A DNA stretch of 64,000 bases from Eledone cirrhosa (GCA_964016885.1 OZ024747.1:19592001-19656000), one strand, 5' to 3'. Positions 26,914 through 41,584 are shown, counted from the stretch's first letter. Notes: a model not told the origin generated them from the letters alone. Numbers and translations are program-made.

Positions 26914-27345
26914 ATTGTGTGTAGCTGTGTGTCTTGTGTCTGTGTGAGTTCGTGTGTTATATATGTATGATGAGATGTGTGAGGCTGTTTTGTGAGGGAA
27001 TATGTTTATTGATATGGCTGTTAGAGGCGTGCCTGTTCGAGTGTGATTGTAGATCGTTGTGGTAGTAGAGTTGACAATAATTCTGACAACCATAACACAG
27101 ATAACTTTTAGGGCAATCACTACATTCGCAGTAGAAGCATTATTGCTAGTAATAATTGCGTGACCATGGTAATACTAATTGATATTGCACTGGTATTTCA
27201 TTGAGTTGTGCTGCTGTGGATGAACACGATATATATTGTGTGCAGTACAATTAATTATTGGCTTGATGTTGATGATAGTTATGTTGCCATTCATTGGATT
27301 ATGATTTGATAAGTATTATGATAATTGTTTATGATAATGATAAAA

Positions 27346-27632
27346 GGGCGGTGGATTGGCAGTATCGGCAGAGGGTCGGACGCCATGCTTTCCAGCATAG
27401 TTACGTCCCTTTACGATCTGAGTTCAAATCCCGCCGAGGTTGACTTTGCCTTTAAAGTACCAGTAATGCACTGGGTAATTGCTGGCCTTGTGCCTAACGT
27501 AGAAACAATTATCATAATTGTTTCTACGTTAGGCACAAGGCCAGTAATTACCCAGTGTATTACTGGTACTTTATTTTATCGACCCCGTAAGGATGAAAGG
27601 CAAAGTTAACCTCGGCGGGATTTGAACTCAGA
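27346..27632. mobile_element. Tail-to-tail SINE pair forming a hairpin
   Basis: Plus copy 27346-27511 (internal deletion) followed by a minus-strand partial copy; junction GTAGAAACAATTATCATAATTGTTTCTAC. Confidence 0.9.
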
Positions 27633-30287
27633 TGACGTAGAAGATAGTGTTGACGCTATAGACAATTGTGAGATGATAATGTTGCTGTTTGTGAAGTTAA
27701 TGCTATAAGAATGACTATAATGCTCTATGTTATTGTTATAATGGTCTTGATGCTGTTGTCGTTGATGAGACGAGGAATATGACTATATTTATAAACTTAT
27801 TGACGGTGATGCTGATGATCAAAAGGTGGTATGGAGACGTGAAATGATGGTGATGTTTATAATGATGGTGATGTTAATGCTGATGATGACGATAATGAGG
27901 ACGATGATAAAAATCATTATCACGATGATGATGAAAGTGATTATGATAATGATGGTGATAATTGTTATGATGATAATGATCATGATGATGATGATGATCA
28001 TGATGATAGTGGTTAGGTTGATGAACACGAGGACAGCGTTGACAGCAATAAATGATTCTCATCCTCATAAACAAACATGCTGATGACACCATAAAATTAG
28101 GTGTTATCTGGAATATTTTTACATGAATCCACATCTCTAGCTCTTTTATCATCGCATGTGTTAGCATTTATTTCAGTTTGTATTTATTGTTTACAATTTT
28201 TTACAGCTTTCTTGCTTCCTGTTGTTATCTGACCGCTTTGCAAATTTTCTTTAATTAAGGAAACACCTTTTATATTAAAAACGTGCTAGTAGTACATGAA
28301 CGGATTTGGTATCAAATGAAATCTCACAAAGATAAAACACTCACCTACTTGTATTTGTACAATAAAACGATAACAATTTGGAAATAATTTTCTGACATGA
28401 CCTACAAATACCCGCATAATTTCTTTCAAATAACACTTAATTGTTTTAAAATATATTTCAACAGGTGTAGTTCTAATCCCAGGTGTTCTGAAAACAAAAC
28501 GTGGTATTACCAGACTGATTGTCTTGATTATAAGTCTCTTCGATCACGACCTATGAAGTGTTAAAACAGGAAAACGCTTAACGTATCAACTACGAGTTAT
28601 TTTATTTCTAATATTGCATTAATGTTTTAAAATTTAGTTTGCCTAGGTCTCCGGAAATACTAGTATTCTACTTTATTCGTCTTTATTGTATTTTTTCCGT
28701 ATTTAGGTCTCGTCGTGTTCTTTGCGTTTCAATTTAATGCAATATTTTCAATTTTATTTGATGTAAACGCTTTGAGGTTAGCTTACATACAATAATCACA
28801 CTACATTGATTTATATAAAGCAGTAGAATACTTATAGTTTTTTTCCAGCTCGACGTTAATTTTTTAAAAATAGTTTTAAATGTAGCTGTTTTATACATTG
28901 TTTATAGAATTCAAAACCATTCGATATTGTACTCAACATAATTAATTAACGGAGTCACAACTAGGGAGAGTAGTATTAGTAAGAGCATTCTCATTTAAGT
29001 ATCTCTCATCTTAATGTTTACATTTTGCTATGATACAGATGTTTTCCATTTTAACATGACGTAAATTTTTCGATTACGTTTTGTTTTTTAAATGAAGCCT
29101 ATCCAATATTGGAAGAGTCGTTAGGTTGTCGGATAGAATGCTTTGCAGTATACGTTCCGAGTCTTCGCGCACTACCTCCTGCTATGCCGTCCTTTCGAGG
29201 TCGACAAAAAAGTACCAGACCAGTACAGGTGTCCATAATTCCTTGATATCATTTTCTCACCTCCCACCTCTCACTCCAGCGACGTCTCTAGAAAAAAATC
29301 AGTTGTGTTCAGACCATGAAAGGGGTGGGTACCGCTGTCTGCTACTACAACAACCCTACAACTCTGATAGGAGTTACAGACTTACAATATATACATCTAT
29401 GTACATCTCCAATATCAACAAGGCTACTCAGAAATGATTTACATCCATGTTCCTCTTTTTACTGTATTCAAAAATACCCTGTTCACCAGTAGGTGAAAAA
29501 TCCCTTTCCGATAATCATTGTGTTCTCTTGGTAAGGGTTTATCATTTTCCCGATGAGTGGCGAACGTGGTTTAGTGTATAAAAGTGAGAACTGTGTATAT
29601 TAACACCTCATTCTTTTGTAGGTTTCGATACAAATGTATTTATTTAGGTGGAATAAATATTCTTTTTGCTTTAGTAGCAAGCTGGTTGTTAATTTTGCTC
29701 TCTTTAGAAATCTATGAAAGGTTGTTGTGACATATTCATGGATACTGATGATGGGTTTGATTTAGATATTTGTGAATGTTAATTCATCTAACGTTTTCCG
29801 TTACTTAACGTGTTATTGGTTTCGCCACTTACCGTGCTGGTAAATGTTTGATGATTGTGCCGTTATTATATATTTCATTACACTTTACATTCTAAATAAT
29901 ATCTTTGTTTATGATTTGTGTTCCTGTTCCATATATGCCCGCAATACCTTGACATTTATGTTGATATCGTTAAGTCATCCTGCACTACATTCGATTTTAT
30001 GCCCTTGTAATGCCCTTTGTTATGTGTTTCGAATAGCTTATTCCCATGAAAAAGCTCTCATGCGTTCTACAGTCTCTTAACATGCAGAAATAACTATGTT
30101 AATGCTATGTGCTATATTCGTAATTCCACTTCATATTTATTTCCAAAGTAATATTCTTTGATTATTATATTTTCTTATTGTTTATTCTCATATTGTATCT
30201 ACAATTTTTCCATATTGATAAGTATTTATTTATATATTCTATTCATTTTTATTTATTTGGCTGATTTATTTATTTATTCATTTTATG

Positions 30288-30348
<61 letters not shown>

Positions 30349-30819
30349 TATATATATACATATATATATTTATATATTTATATATATATATTTATACACG
30401 CACGCACACACATACACACACATAGAAATATATATATATATGTGTATATGCATATACATATATACAGTTTGCTTTTATATTGGCTTGGTTCAAGAAAAGT
30501 CGTTCTCTATTATGAACATACAGGATCTTCGATATTAGAACTTCTCAGTAAATGTTATCATTTAGCTTAGTTTCGTATATGTATCGGTGGAAATAATGAC
30601 TTTTAGAGCCTAGCTCCATTTAACTATTCTTTCGTCAAATGTATGTTTGTTTATAGCATCTGCTATGCTTTCTCTGGATTTATTTATACCCGATTTCTTA
30701 TTCTTCTATTTAGTTATTTCATAGCTTCTGATATATTACGTTAATATTAACATTGGTTCAAACATTGTTCTGTGAATTTCTATTTTGTTTAAAGTAGACT
30801 CGATCGTGCAAATATTTTA

Positions 30820-30825
30820 GAGAGA

Positions 30826-30910
<85 letters not shown>

Positions 30911-30920
30911 AGAGAGAGAG
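30820..30920. repeat. (GA)n microsatellite
   Basis: Directly visible. Confidence 0.97.
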
Positions 30921-31544
30921 TAGTGTTTGCTATTTCATATTACATATGAAATTGTATAGTCCTAATATATGTTTTGAATGTTTTATACGTGTCTTTCTTT
31001 AGTTTCTTTTGTACGTGGTTCTATGGAATTTTCATTGTATTGGAGGTTTCACATGTTTTGATATTTTTATTTTGTTATTGTACTTTACTTGGGGTTAGCT
31101 TATGTTTTTTTTTCTGTGAGGTCAGTTAACGTTTTTTCTTCAGTATGGATACATTATAAGACATTTGTTTCTGTTCTCATTTCTAGGGCTTTCCTACTGT
31201 ATCACATAAATCTCAGTATATTTCTAATATGTTTTCATTTTATTTACATATTCATTGTTGTACTTCAGTATCACGTTTGCATTTGTTATGCTGCTTCTGT
31301 TTATTGGTTACTGCAGAAATATATATGTACCTAAATATTCAATTCATTGTAGATAACCTTCGTGTCTTTGCACTGTATCAGTGTGGACACTTTCAATAGG
31401 AATTGCGTTATATTTTTTAACATTTGAAAGGTATGCGATAATGTTATAGATGTTATGATGATGGACTATACTATTCTCGCATAAAGCTGTCATTGCAATA
31501 TTCCTCATGAACTTTCAGTGGGCCGATATTTTTGTTGCCACTGT

Positions 31545-32415
31545 TTGCATTATTAACACCGACGGAACGATGAAGCCCAACAAACCTGATGTAATTGTGA
31601 AGGAACATAAAGAAAAAACATGCTTCTTAATTGACAGGAGCATTCCAGCAGATCGTAGCATCTCCTCGAAAGAGATACGAAAGCTCAATAAATATAAAGT
31701 TCTGACAATTGAAATGAAGAAAATGCGGCATCTTAAAATATCTTAAAATGCGGCATCTTAAAATATCTTAAAATGCGGCATCTTAAAATATCTTAAAATG
31801 CGGCATCTTAAAATATCTTAAAATGCGGCATCTTAAAATATCTTAAAATGCGGCATCTTAAAATATCTTAAAATGCGGCGTCTTAAAATATCTTAAAATG
31901 CGGCATCTTAAAATATCTTAAAATGCGGCATCTTAAAATATTTTAAAATGTGTCATCTTAAAATATCTTAAAATGCGGCAACTTAAAATATCTTAAAATG
32001 CGGCATCTTAAAATATTTTAAAATGCGGCATCTTAAAATATTTTAAAATGCGGCATCTTAAAATATCTTAAAATGCGGCATCTTAAAATATCTTAAAATG
32101 CGGCATCTTAAAATATGTACAACATAGTCGGAATGATGAAAAAGGGAACAAAAATTAACTGAACCAGATACCTGGAAAGCCAACTCTGCAATAGATACAG
32201 AAAATATTGTTGACTGTCACTATCTATGTCCTGAGAAGGACATTATCAATTTAAATATCTTACAGAGACATTTACAGTTGTTTATGCTCTTATTGCAGCA
32301 TTTGTATGACAGCTGATGCGTCTATTATCAAACTTTGCCTCAGGTGTCAAGTTGACACCCGGGAAAGAAGCAGAATTGAAAGGACCTTTCAAATAATAAT
32401 AATAATAATAATAAT
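31545..32415 (+). mobile_element. 3' fragment of an older RLE (R4/Dong-like) LINE with (AAT)n tail
   Basis: TDGTMKPNKPDVIVKEHKEKTCFLID...KEIRKLNKYKVL (PD..D..K endonuclease); tail AATAATAAT at 32392-32415. Confidence 0.8.
31721..32116. repeat. 25-bp minisatellite AAATGCGGCATCTTAAAATATCTTA, about 16 copies
   Basis: Directly visible, few substitutions. Confidence 0.95.
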
Positions 32416-32630
32416 GATTTCTTTATTCCCACCAAGAAAAATATTATGACGGCACAGAACAAAAACAACAAAAACAACAGAAACTACAACAACAACAACA
32501 AAAACAACAACAATAACAACAACAATTGGGTGAGTGGAGATGATTCACCAGTTCTTCCCTTCTTTACAGGTGACTACCTCCAATGAAGACTTTCAATACC
32601 TCCGCCACAATTGCAACAACAACCTAGATT

Positions 32631-32855
32631 CTTTAATCCGGCACTGATCCCTAGTGTCTTTAATTCTGCACTGATCCCTAGTTCCTTTAATCTGACACTA
32701 ATCACTAGTATATTTAATCCTGCACTGATCCCTAGTTTCTTTAATCCGGCAATGACCCCTAGTTTCTTTAAACCGACACTGTTCCCTAGTTTCTTTAATC
32801 TGGCAATGATCCCTAGTGTATTTAATCCGGCACTGAAACCTACTCTCTTTAATAC
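32631..32855. repeat. 27-bp minisatellite (CTTTAATCCGGCACTGATCCCTAGTTT-like), about 8 diverged copies
   Basis: 9-aa periodicity FNPALIPS in ORF 32611-32883. Confidence 0.9.
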
Positions 32856-32965
32856 CACTTTCAGATACAGAAGCCTCAGTTAAAATGATCAGTTTTCTTT
32901 TCAGTCTCGACTTATAGGTGTAAGAAAGTCTCGGCTGAGATATTATTTCAGTAGTTTTATTATTA

Positions 32966-33155
32966 GTGGTGGATTGGCAGTATCGGTAGAGGGTCGGACA
33001 CCATGCTTTCCAGCATAGTTACGCCCCTTTACGGTCTGAGTTCAAATCCCGTCGAGGTTATCTTTGCCTTCCAGCCTTACGGGGGCGATAAAAAAAGTAC
33101 CAGTAATGTAATGGATAATAATTGCTGGCCTAATACCGAAAATAGAAACAATTAT
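32966..33155 (+). mobile_element. SINE copy
   Basis: Consensus match. Confidence 0.88.
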
Positions 33156-33952
33156 TTAATGATTACTTTCAATGCACAACTAGACTGAATACATTTGCCA
33201 TGAGAATGGTCAGTGTTTTATTTGCTTTTCCATTAGAATATAATAGGAAGGGGAAGTGTATTATCTAGTATTGTTTTTTTTTATGTTTCGATATTTGAAA
33301 GTCGTAGGATTTTATATGAGCCTGTATGCGTCTCTGTTTATGATTCCCACGTTAATTATAATTATGGTGAGTGTAACTATTTTAAATCACCATAAACTGG
33401 ATGTTTCTACTTTCAGGTTATATTTAAATAGTTTTCTCCATTTCTTTCAGATATAAAACGTTAACGATTGCGGTTGATACAGCGATTTCCAGGCATTTAT
33501 TTTCAGGATGGTTTTTGTTACTTAGATATGGAGGAGATGTCGGACGTTCACGTCACAAATACGGATTGAACCCACTGTGTTCAACGTTTGACCAGTGTGG
33601 ATTACTATAGCCTCGGGTCAAGGTTTGTGAGGGGAATTTCCTTAACAGAAAACAGGGGGATTTAACACCACCATCCGGTACAATTATATACTGTTAGTGG
33701 ATTAGATGATATTGTAGTCATTTGAATTGGGCTATGAGTTTGACGATACCATTTCTCTGTGATTTGGCATTTATCATACTAGGGTAACTAACATTTTTAG
33801 AAATAAAATATTTCTTTATCGTTCTTCTTCTTTACTCGGTTTATTTACAATACTAGCATAATGTTATAGTTTATAAAATTATTTGTAATGTTTGTTTATA
33901 TAAATCATTTTGGTAACAAATTTTGGTTCTATTGTGGCAGGTATATAAACGT

Positions 33953-34320
33953 GGACTATTGACAAAGTGCTATGCAAGAGACTTGACGGATGTTACACGA
34001 GGATGTTGGGAATGGGTCCAACATTTCTTGGAAACAGAAGCTGACAAATAAGGAACTATAAAGATCACTACCACCAGTCTAACAAAAAATTGCCTGCAGA
34101 CGAATGAGACTGGCTGGGCACTGCATCCGTCATCCAGTGCTCTGGAAACCGACGGTCGGACAATGAAGCCTGGAAAGACATGCCATCTCATTTATTGACA
34201 CCCTGCTGAGACATGCCAACACTGATAACATCGATGAACTGAGAAATATCATGCTCGACCAGGACGATTCGAGAAAGCGTGTTGAATCTTTGCGAGTGTA
34301 ATATCGGCCGAAGAAGAAGA
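33953..34320 (+). mobile_element. 5'-truncated RTE-clade LINE with (GAA)n tail and 14-bp TSD
   Basis: RLDGCYTRML...ISWKQKLTNKELY...RMRLAGHCIRH...FIDTLLR; TSD AGGTATATAAACGT at 33939-33952 and 34321-34334. Confidence 0.88.
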
Positions 34321-34955
34321 AGGTATATAAACGTAAATTATTCCAGAAACAGCTAACATATTCATTTATTTTGGCATTTAGCTCTGTTTTAGATATAGAA
34401 CGCCAATAATATTGCTTCCTGGTGTATTCTAATGTCTATGTGATGTACACTAACTTGCTCTTTATTACTGATTATTTATAAGTCAGAATTATTCATAATT
34501 CAATTTTCTCCCTTCTTTATATATCATATAATTTGTCTATTTTTCTTTATTAAATTTTCCCGCTTCAATGTTATGTTGGGACATTTTTCCAAATTCAATT
34601 TAATACCAATTTCAGTGCTGAATGCGTGTGAATATTTCTATTAACTATTTCTAGCTTTATAATTAATGAATATTTTAAACATTAACTTATGTTTCGACTT
34701 TGGACTTGTATTATGTAGATATAATTTGTTTGAAATTTTCTTTAGTTTGCTTGTATTTTATGATTTACGCACTGATCTTTCAGAGTGTCTGACAAAAATG
34801 TAAGCACATATTTATTAGAATGCTTTTGAAGTGTGTATACATTGTTTTCGCACGCCCTCTATATTAAGCCGGCATTCCACTAGTTAGACAATTATTCAAC
34901 AGATTACTCGATACTTGGGATTGTAGAGTTTGACTATAATATTTGGACAACCAAA

Positions 34956-35162
34956 GGGCGGTGGATTGGCAGAAAAGGGCGGTGGATTGGCAGTATCGGT
35001 AGAGAGTCGGACGCCATGCTTTCCAGCATAGTTACGTCCCTTTACGATCTGAGTTCAAATCCCGCCGAGGTTGACTTTGCCTTTCATCCTTTCAACCGAT
35101 AAAATAAAGTAGCAGTAATGCACTGGGTAATTGCTGGCCTTGTGTCTAAAGTAAAAACAATT
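34956..35162 (+). mobile_element. SINE copy with duplicated 5' head
   Basis: AAAGGGCGGTGGATTGGCAG occurs twice; TSD ATTTGGACAACC. Confidence 0.9.
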
Positions 35163-35242
35163 ATTTGGACAACCTGTTTGTTAACAGCCTGGAACTAGCT
35201 GTCGAAATGACAAGAATTCAACCACCGGGCCCGACTCTTTCT

Positions 35243-35274
<32 letters not shown>

Positions 35275-35368
35275 TAGAAATTAATAGCTTTCACCGTATT
35301 TTAGACTAAAGAAATTTCTAGCCTGATAGTGAGGTTTATAACCCTGAGAAATGGAAAAAGATGAGTGT

Positions 35369-35440
35369 TGCCGTACATGGGAGTCGAACCCACATCTTTG
35401 GTTATCCAGACCACTGTGCTACCATTACACCAATACACAT
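35369..35440 (-). pseudogene. tRNA-like sequence (pseudogene or repeat-embedded)
   Basis: Minus strand GTGTATTGGTGTAATGGTAGCACAGTGGTCTGGATAACCAAAGATGTGGGTTCGACTCCCATGTACGGCA; good A and B boxes and T arm, mismatched acceptor stem. Confidence 0.65.
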
Positions 35441-35534
35441 CCCATCTTCGATTCGAATTAGAAGCTATGAACTTAGCAAGTGAATGATAAACAATCGTTT
35501 ATAATTTGCTTATATATATATATATTGAATATAT

Positions 35535-35727
35535 GTTGGTTGTATACCAACACCTGAGTATGTAGATTGGAGCACACGACGAAGTGCGCAGGTTGGTTTG
35601 GTTACTCCGGAGTAATGTAAAATAAAATAAATAAGTCAAATGTTTTAAATTTGGCTTCGTTTAATACTGATATATATATTTCGCTGTCACCGAAATATAT
35701 ATACCAGTAATAAACGAAGCTAAATTT
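35535..35727 (-). mobile_element. Diverged HHR family C repeat ending in a fold-back palindrome (35647-35727)
   Basis: Reverse complement of 1365-1525; arms AAATTTGGCTTCGTTTAATACTGATATATATATTTCG / CGAAATATATATACCAGTAATAAACGAAGCTAAATTT. Confidence 0.8.
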
Positions 35728-35734
35728 ATTATTT

Positions 35735-35789
<55 letters not shown>

Positions 35790-35891
35790 GTTGCATCATA
35801 ACATATTTGATTACATATTACTTATGTTTCACTATCGATCAGCTCGAGGCAAGATATACTTAGTATATGAATTCGTCTCCGATTCTCTCTC

Positions 35892-35968
<77 letters not shown>

Positions 35969-37030
35969 ATGTATATATAATCGTATTATTATTTATTACC
36001 TGTGTACTTTTGAAAATTGCTTGTACTTAAATTATGTATTAGTGTGTATTCTAATGTGTTACCGTAATATTTCTGCTGTTAGGTTTTAATAATAAAGATG
36101 TTCCTTTTTAAAATAATTACTCCGTTGAGACATATTTACTCCCCTTTTTCTGGATGTGCATCATTATCTTTTCGAGATGGAAATTATGAAGCATATACAA
36201 GAACCACATTTTAACGTGAAATTGAAGGATCCCCAACATCGGAGCGCATAATCTCTAACAGTTCCTCTGCGTTTGACGTGGACATGACATTACATACGTG
36301 ATCTTTTGAGTTAACACGTAACTCTTTGGAGACCATATGTATAGCAAAATATACTTGTTTCAATCATCAAAAATAATCAATGATTATGAAGCGTTTAGTA
36401 AAATAAAATCCAGCTTAAAAAAAGACAAATATTGAACTACAAAAATCTAATATCTAGTATGCAATATATTTGAACACTGTATTAGAGTTGTATATGGACG
36501 GTTTCGTATTTAAAGTGTTAATGAGGAGTCTGAAAATGGAGCTGGATACACAGATGTCAAATGTATTCTACAAACATTTGAGTGAACGTTCAGGCTAAAT
36601 AGATCTCCCTAGTTTGGTCTATGAATTGTCTGCAATCATTTGAAGATACTACTTGCAATAGGGTTCCTTCGTAGATTCGTGTGTGTTTATATATTTTATA
36701 TAGCGTCCGATAGCCCTTATGGTGTGAGACCAATTGATGCATTTATGTATGTAGCTGGCTACCTGCTTTCATAATATGGTGTTGGTGTGTCATTCTGGGA
36801 TTATTGTCATTAGGTATCTGGTGTCTGAAACTATACTGGTCTATGTTATTAATATTCATTTATTTAATGTATTCATCAGTCGATATATACACTACTCTGT
36901 TGATGCAGTTGGCCCTTGTTTTCTATCAACACCTTATTTCCTTGAGACCAATAAAATAAACCGATGTCAGTAGCCAATAAAAAATACGAGACGGAAGCTA
37001 TATAATATGAGAGAGGGGAGGGGGGCAGAT

Positions 37031-37065
<35 letters not shown>

Positions 37066-37566
37066 TTTCAACGAACACAAAAACTTCATTCACGACGGCA
37101 AAACTAATATGGAAGGAATAATAAGCATTTTCATAATAATTGTAATAATTCCGATTATTGTTATAAAAATTATCAATACCTTCAATATTATAGGTTGTTG
37201 TTGTATATGGAGTATTTGTTTTCGTTGGTATTGTTCTTTTATATAATATCTGATTTGGTTTATTTATCTAATATTGATATATCTATAGGATATTGATCAA
37301 TATAAGTGCGTTGCTATAATAAAATAATATTATGTTTGAACATTTATATAAATATTTGTATATTATAACTCGATATATTTTATAAATCTATTATTTCAAT
37401 ATTCGTGTCATTGTGTGTCGGTATGGGAGTTAATATATATAGGAGAGTGTGTATAAGTATTGTGTGTGGAAGCAAATCTCTCCCCCCCATCTCTCTCTCT
37501 CTATATATATATACACACACAATACGCACACACTCACACACAGACCCGCACACACACACACACACA

Positions 37567-37666
<100 letters not shown>

Positions 37667-37733
37667 CATATATATATATATTTATACAAGCACATACACT
37701 CACACACACGCACATACACAGATACACACAAAT

Positions 37734-38147
37734 TGTTAGAAGTAGTGGAGATTTGAAAATAGGAGTTTGTCAGACACAGAATAGACCTGTAATACAAGCC
37801 GACCAGCAGAGATAACAGTTGAGAAATTTGAGTAAATTAGAAGATCATCTACGCGTTAAGATTGCGCGCAGGCGATTTCCTCCAGAAAAGAAGAGAAAGA
37901 ATCAGAGAGAGAGAGAGAGGAAGGAAGGACCGGCTTTAGAGGAAGAAGCGATCGTAGTACTGACCTGGTTCTTATTTTTATTGAACTAACATGGAAAGCA
38001 GAGATAGCCGACATGAATACCACCACATACTTTATCAGACCTTCTAACGACTCTGACAACTCTCTGCTGTATTGTGTGAAGGGTTAGTAGCACTCACAGA
38101 TGTCCAGAGTTACATTAATCCCTGAAGGGTCCCTTACATAACTAACA
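37734..38147. mobile_element. Candidate solo LTR (~410 bp)
   Basis: Higher-GC island bounded by TGTTAG...CTAACA; AATAAA on the minus strand; no clean TSD. Confidence 0.4.
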
Positions 38148-40852
38148 AAGAAAAGTTTGGTATTGTTTACAGGCACGGTAGAATATGTTTCAGACCTTAT
38201 CAACACAAAACATTTCTTTAGTTAGATTTAGATTTAGATGATTTCAACCTAACACCCTTTTGTCTTTACCCATCTTCTTATTCTAATAGTTCCTAATATT
38301 ATTAGTTTCTTGCACGCACAGATCTTTCTATAAGCAGCATTTAATCTAATAGCAGTTGGGCTTAGCAGTATTATCTCTTTACTATGCCAGCAATCAATTA
38401 TTTTTAATGCAATTTAATTTAAATTCATTTTCTTTATATTCATATATTTCATTTGTCTATCGTTATGGGCGAAGAATTCCTCAAATGACATGACTAGGGG
38501 AAATCAACCTTTGTCGTGTGTTCTTTTGCAATTTCATCTCATTACAACTGCTTTAAAATCTATCAAACGTTTCCCCTAATGTCTCCGAGAAAGAGGCAAC
38601 GTTACATCAATCATTATATGGAATAGTTACTGATAGTCAAGTTATATCTAATGATATTTCAACGCAATTACTATATTGGTTTATTCCAGGCATTTGTAAC
38701 AAGTATTTGTAACAACACGAAACCTCTGGTGATAAGTTTCAACAAGGTTGAATTTGTATATCTATGCAAATATATATGTGTGCATGTATTTTTATGTAAA
38801 GTAAACATCTGTGTATGTACATATAAGAATGTATATATATATCTACGTATGTGCATATGAACAAATACATGTATATATTTTAAACGTTGAACGACTTGAG
38901 CCAAAAAAATATATATAGTCTTAAACAAAATCTATATCTGTCTGTTATACTGATCTATGTAAGATCTATGTAAGAAATATCTGTTTCAGCAGATTCTTCA
39001 TTTTACAACTCATCGAAAAATATAATCACAATCCATTTATTGTTTAAAACGCAACATAATAAGTACATTATAATTTCAAAGGTAGGAAATGGAATTAACT
39101 TTCTAAATGTTAATAGCTATTGACACTCTTGTTTAAAATCTGTCTTTATACTTTCTTTTATTTTCTGTATTTGTCCTCTAAATTAAAAGGGTTCAAATGT
39201 TCTTGCGTAGAAGGTGTTTGAAAGATTAGTTGAGGCGAGAAGAGGAAAAAGAGGAAAAGTGAAAGGTAGTGCTATATATAATAAAACAACTTATTAGATA
39301 ACCAAACATATTTTTGAAAAGTTATTAAGATGACAGACACCAATGTGAATTTTATTACAAAAAGATATAAGTTTAGCAAAAGTATATAAACAAAAAAAGA
39401 ATTAGAATTGAGAAATCTTTGATTTTCACCAAAATATTTTTACATCCATGTTAATATAAGAAAGCGTATCATTTGGCAATCTGGAGAGTCGTCCAGATTT
39501 AACCAGATTTAATACTCTATATATACATACAGTTACTACGCAAAAAAAGAAGCAAGTTTTTGAAAGTTAAAATGAATATTTCCACATATCGAAGGAGATT
39601 TGTGTAGACGAGGCTTAGCTAGGATAGATGAAAAGAGAAAACAAAATGAATCATTTAAATAAAAGAAATGCTGTACTTAAAATGTCCAATAAAGATAGAT
39701 CTGATAATAACGAATGGAATTACGAACACAATAAAAAAATTGAAGCAATGCTGAAAACAATACAGGTGTAGAATCTTCGTAGAGAGACACAGAAAGATGA
39801 TGAACCAAGTTGGAATAAGGAACGTTATTTACCTCAGATTGTAATTCATGAAATTAAAACCGTTATAAAATACTAACACTATTTCTAGCTGTAGATTGTT
39901 TTACAATAGTAAAGGAAAAAAGGAGTATGATGGTGGTGGGGAGTTGACTTCCTCTTTGCATATATAGATGACGGGATGTTGTTAACATACGCATACTCGT
40001 ATTTGTTGAAAAGCCATTCGACTTAATGCAATTTGTGTCTTCATATTAAAAGAATCCATGAATGTATTTATGAAAACGTCTTGTTTGATTTTTAATTTTC
40101 CAATGTATTTTTAAGGAGGAAACGATGGCGAATATAACATACTATGTTTTGCATTTCTGGACAGGATGCTTAATAAGAGATTCTCTCGCATGGATGAGGT
40201 TTTTAATTCAAACGTGCTGACGGTGTTTCCAAATTATGAAACTGCAAGGTTGTTGCATATATTATTGCTGTATGGGTGCCATTTCTTGGACAAAACGTGA
40301 CTCATTTATTGCGCGGTGTGGATTAGTGGAATAACTAACGTGTTGACGGATTTGTAATTTTAGATGGCACATGCTACTGGTAAGAATGTGTGCAAACCTG
40401 GAAGGTTTGGTGAAAGATGATGGTAGCTATGCTGGTGGGTTTAACTGTAGCTTCAGTACATCTGTTCTGGAGTTATCAATAGCGAACATATAAAAATCTC
40501 TCTGCACGTAGAATCATAGAGATATTTATATTCTGATGGAGAAATTGATAACCTTTGAAATGCGCATAGATAATTTCACGTTTTATTTTCTATGTATATG
40601 GAAAATAGAGGAATAGAGGAAGAGAGGTTTATATTCATAGCGATGCAATTAATTAATACACTGCAATGATATGTGCATTAATGTTATCTTAAATCTCATC
40701 ATATGCACTGAGTTATGAATATATATTTATCAATATAAATATATACATACAGAGATACACACATACACACACAAAATCTCACGTATAAATCACACACACA
40801 TGCTCACGCACATATAAACACATATACACCCGTATATATTTTATACACACCC

Positions 40853-41070
<218 letters not shown>

Positions 41071-41584
41071 ACACACGTACATACATTCCCGCACACAGAC
41101 ACACACACACACTCATCCATACATGCATACATACATACCTATATATATATATATATATGTGTGTGTATGTGTGTGTCTGTATGTGAATCGGTAAACAGTT
41201 TTATAAATGTAGGAGTGTTAAAGGCAATTAAAGGAAACAAGAAATAGATACAAAAGTTCGGAAGATACGTACTGAATGCTTTAAATGCTCCATTTCTCTG
41301 ATTAATTACATACAACATTACATCATCCATAAATAATAGATGATTCAGCTTCCCAGATCATATTCTAGCTTTGTTTCCTGCAAGATATCACTTGGAGGGT
41401 TCATTGCCAGTACAAATAGAAGGGATGATGGACTATCACACTGAAATATATATCGTTTAATTCCTACTTTAGCTAATATTTTTGATTTTGCAGTTAATAC
41501 TGTTTTCTAACTTCTCATGCTTTTGACATTACATTTCTCTTGTTTTCTGCCACACCGTACAATTTCATTATCTCTTCTATACAT

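Noticed and set aside
35315-35360. CTGATAGT...GAAA next to a small hairpin (also 43861)
   Set aside because: Core and stems do not fit a hammerhead in either copy
39480-40500. Coding-like composition suggesting exons or a decayed transposase
   Set aside because: Frequent stops in the frames examined and no recognisable motif
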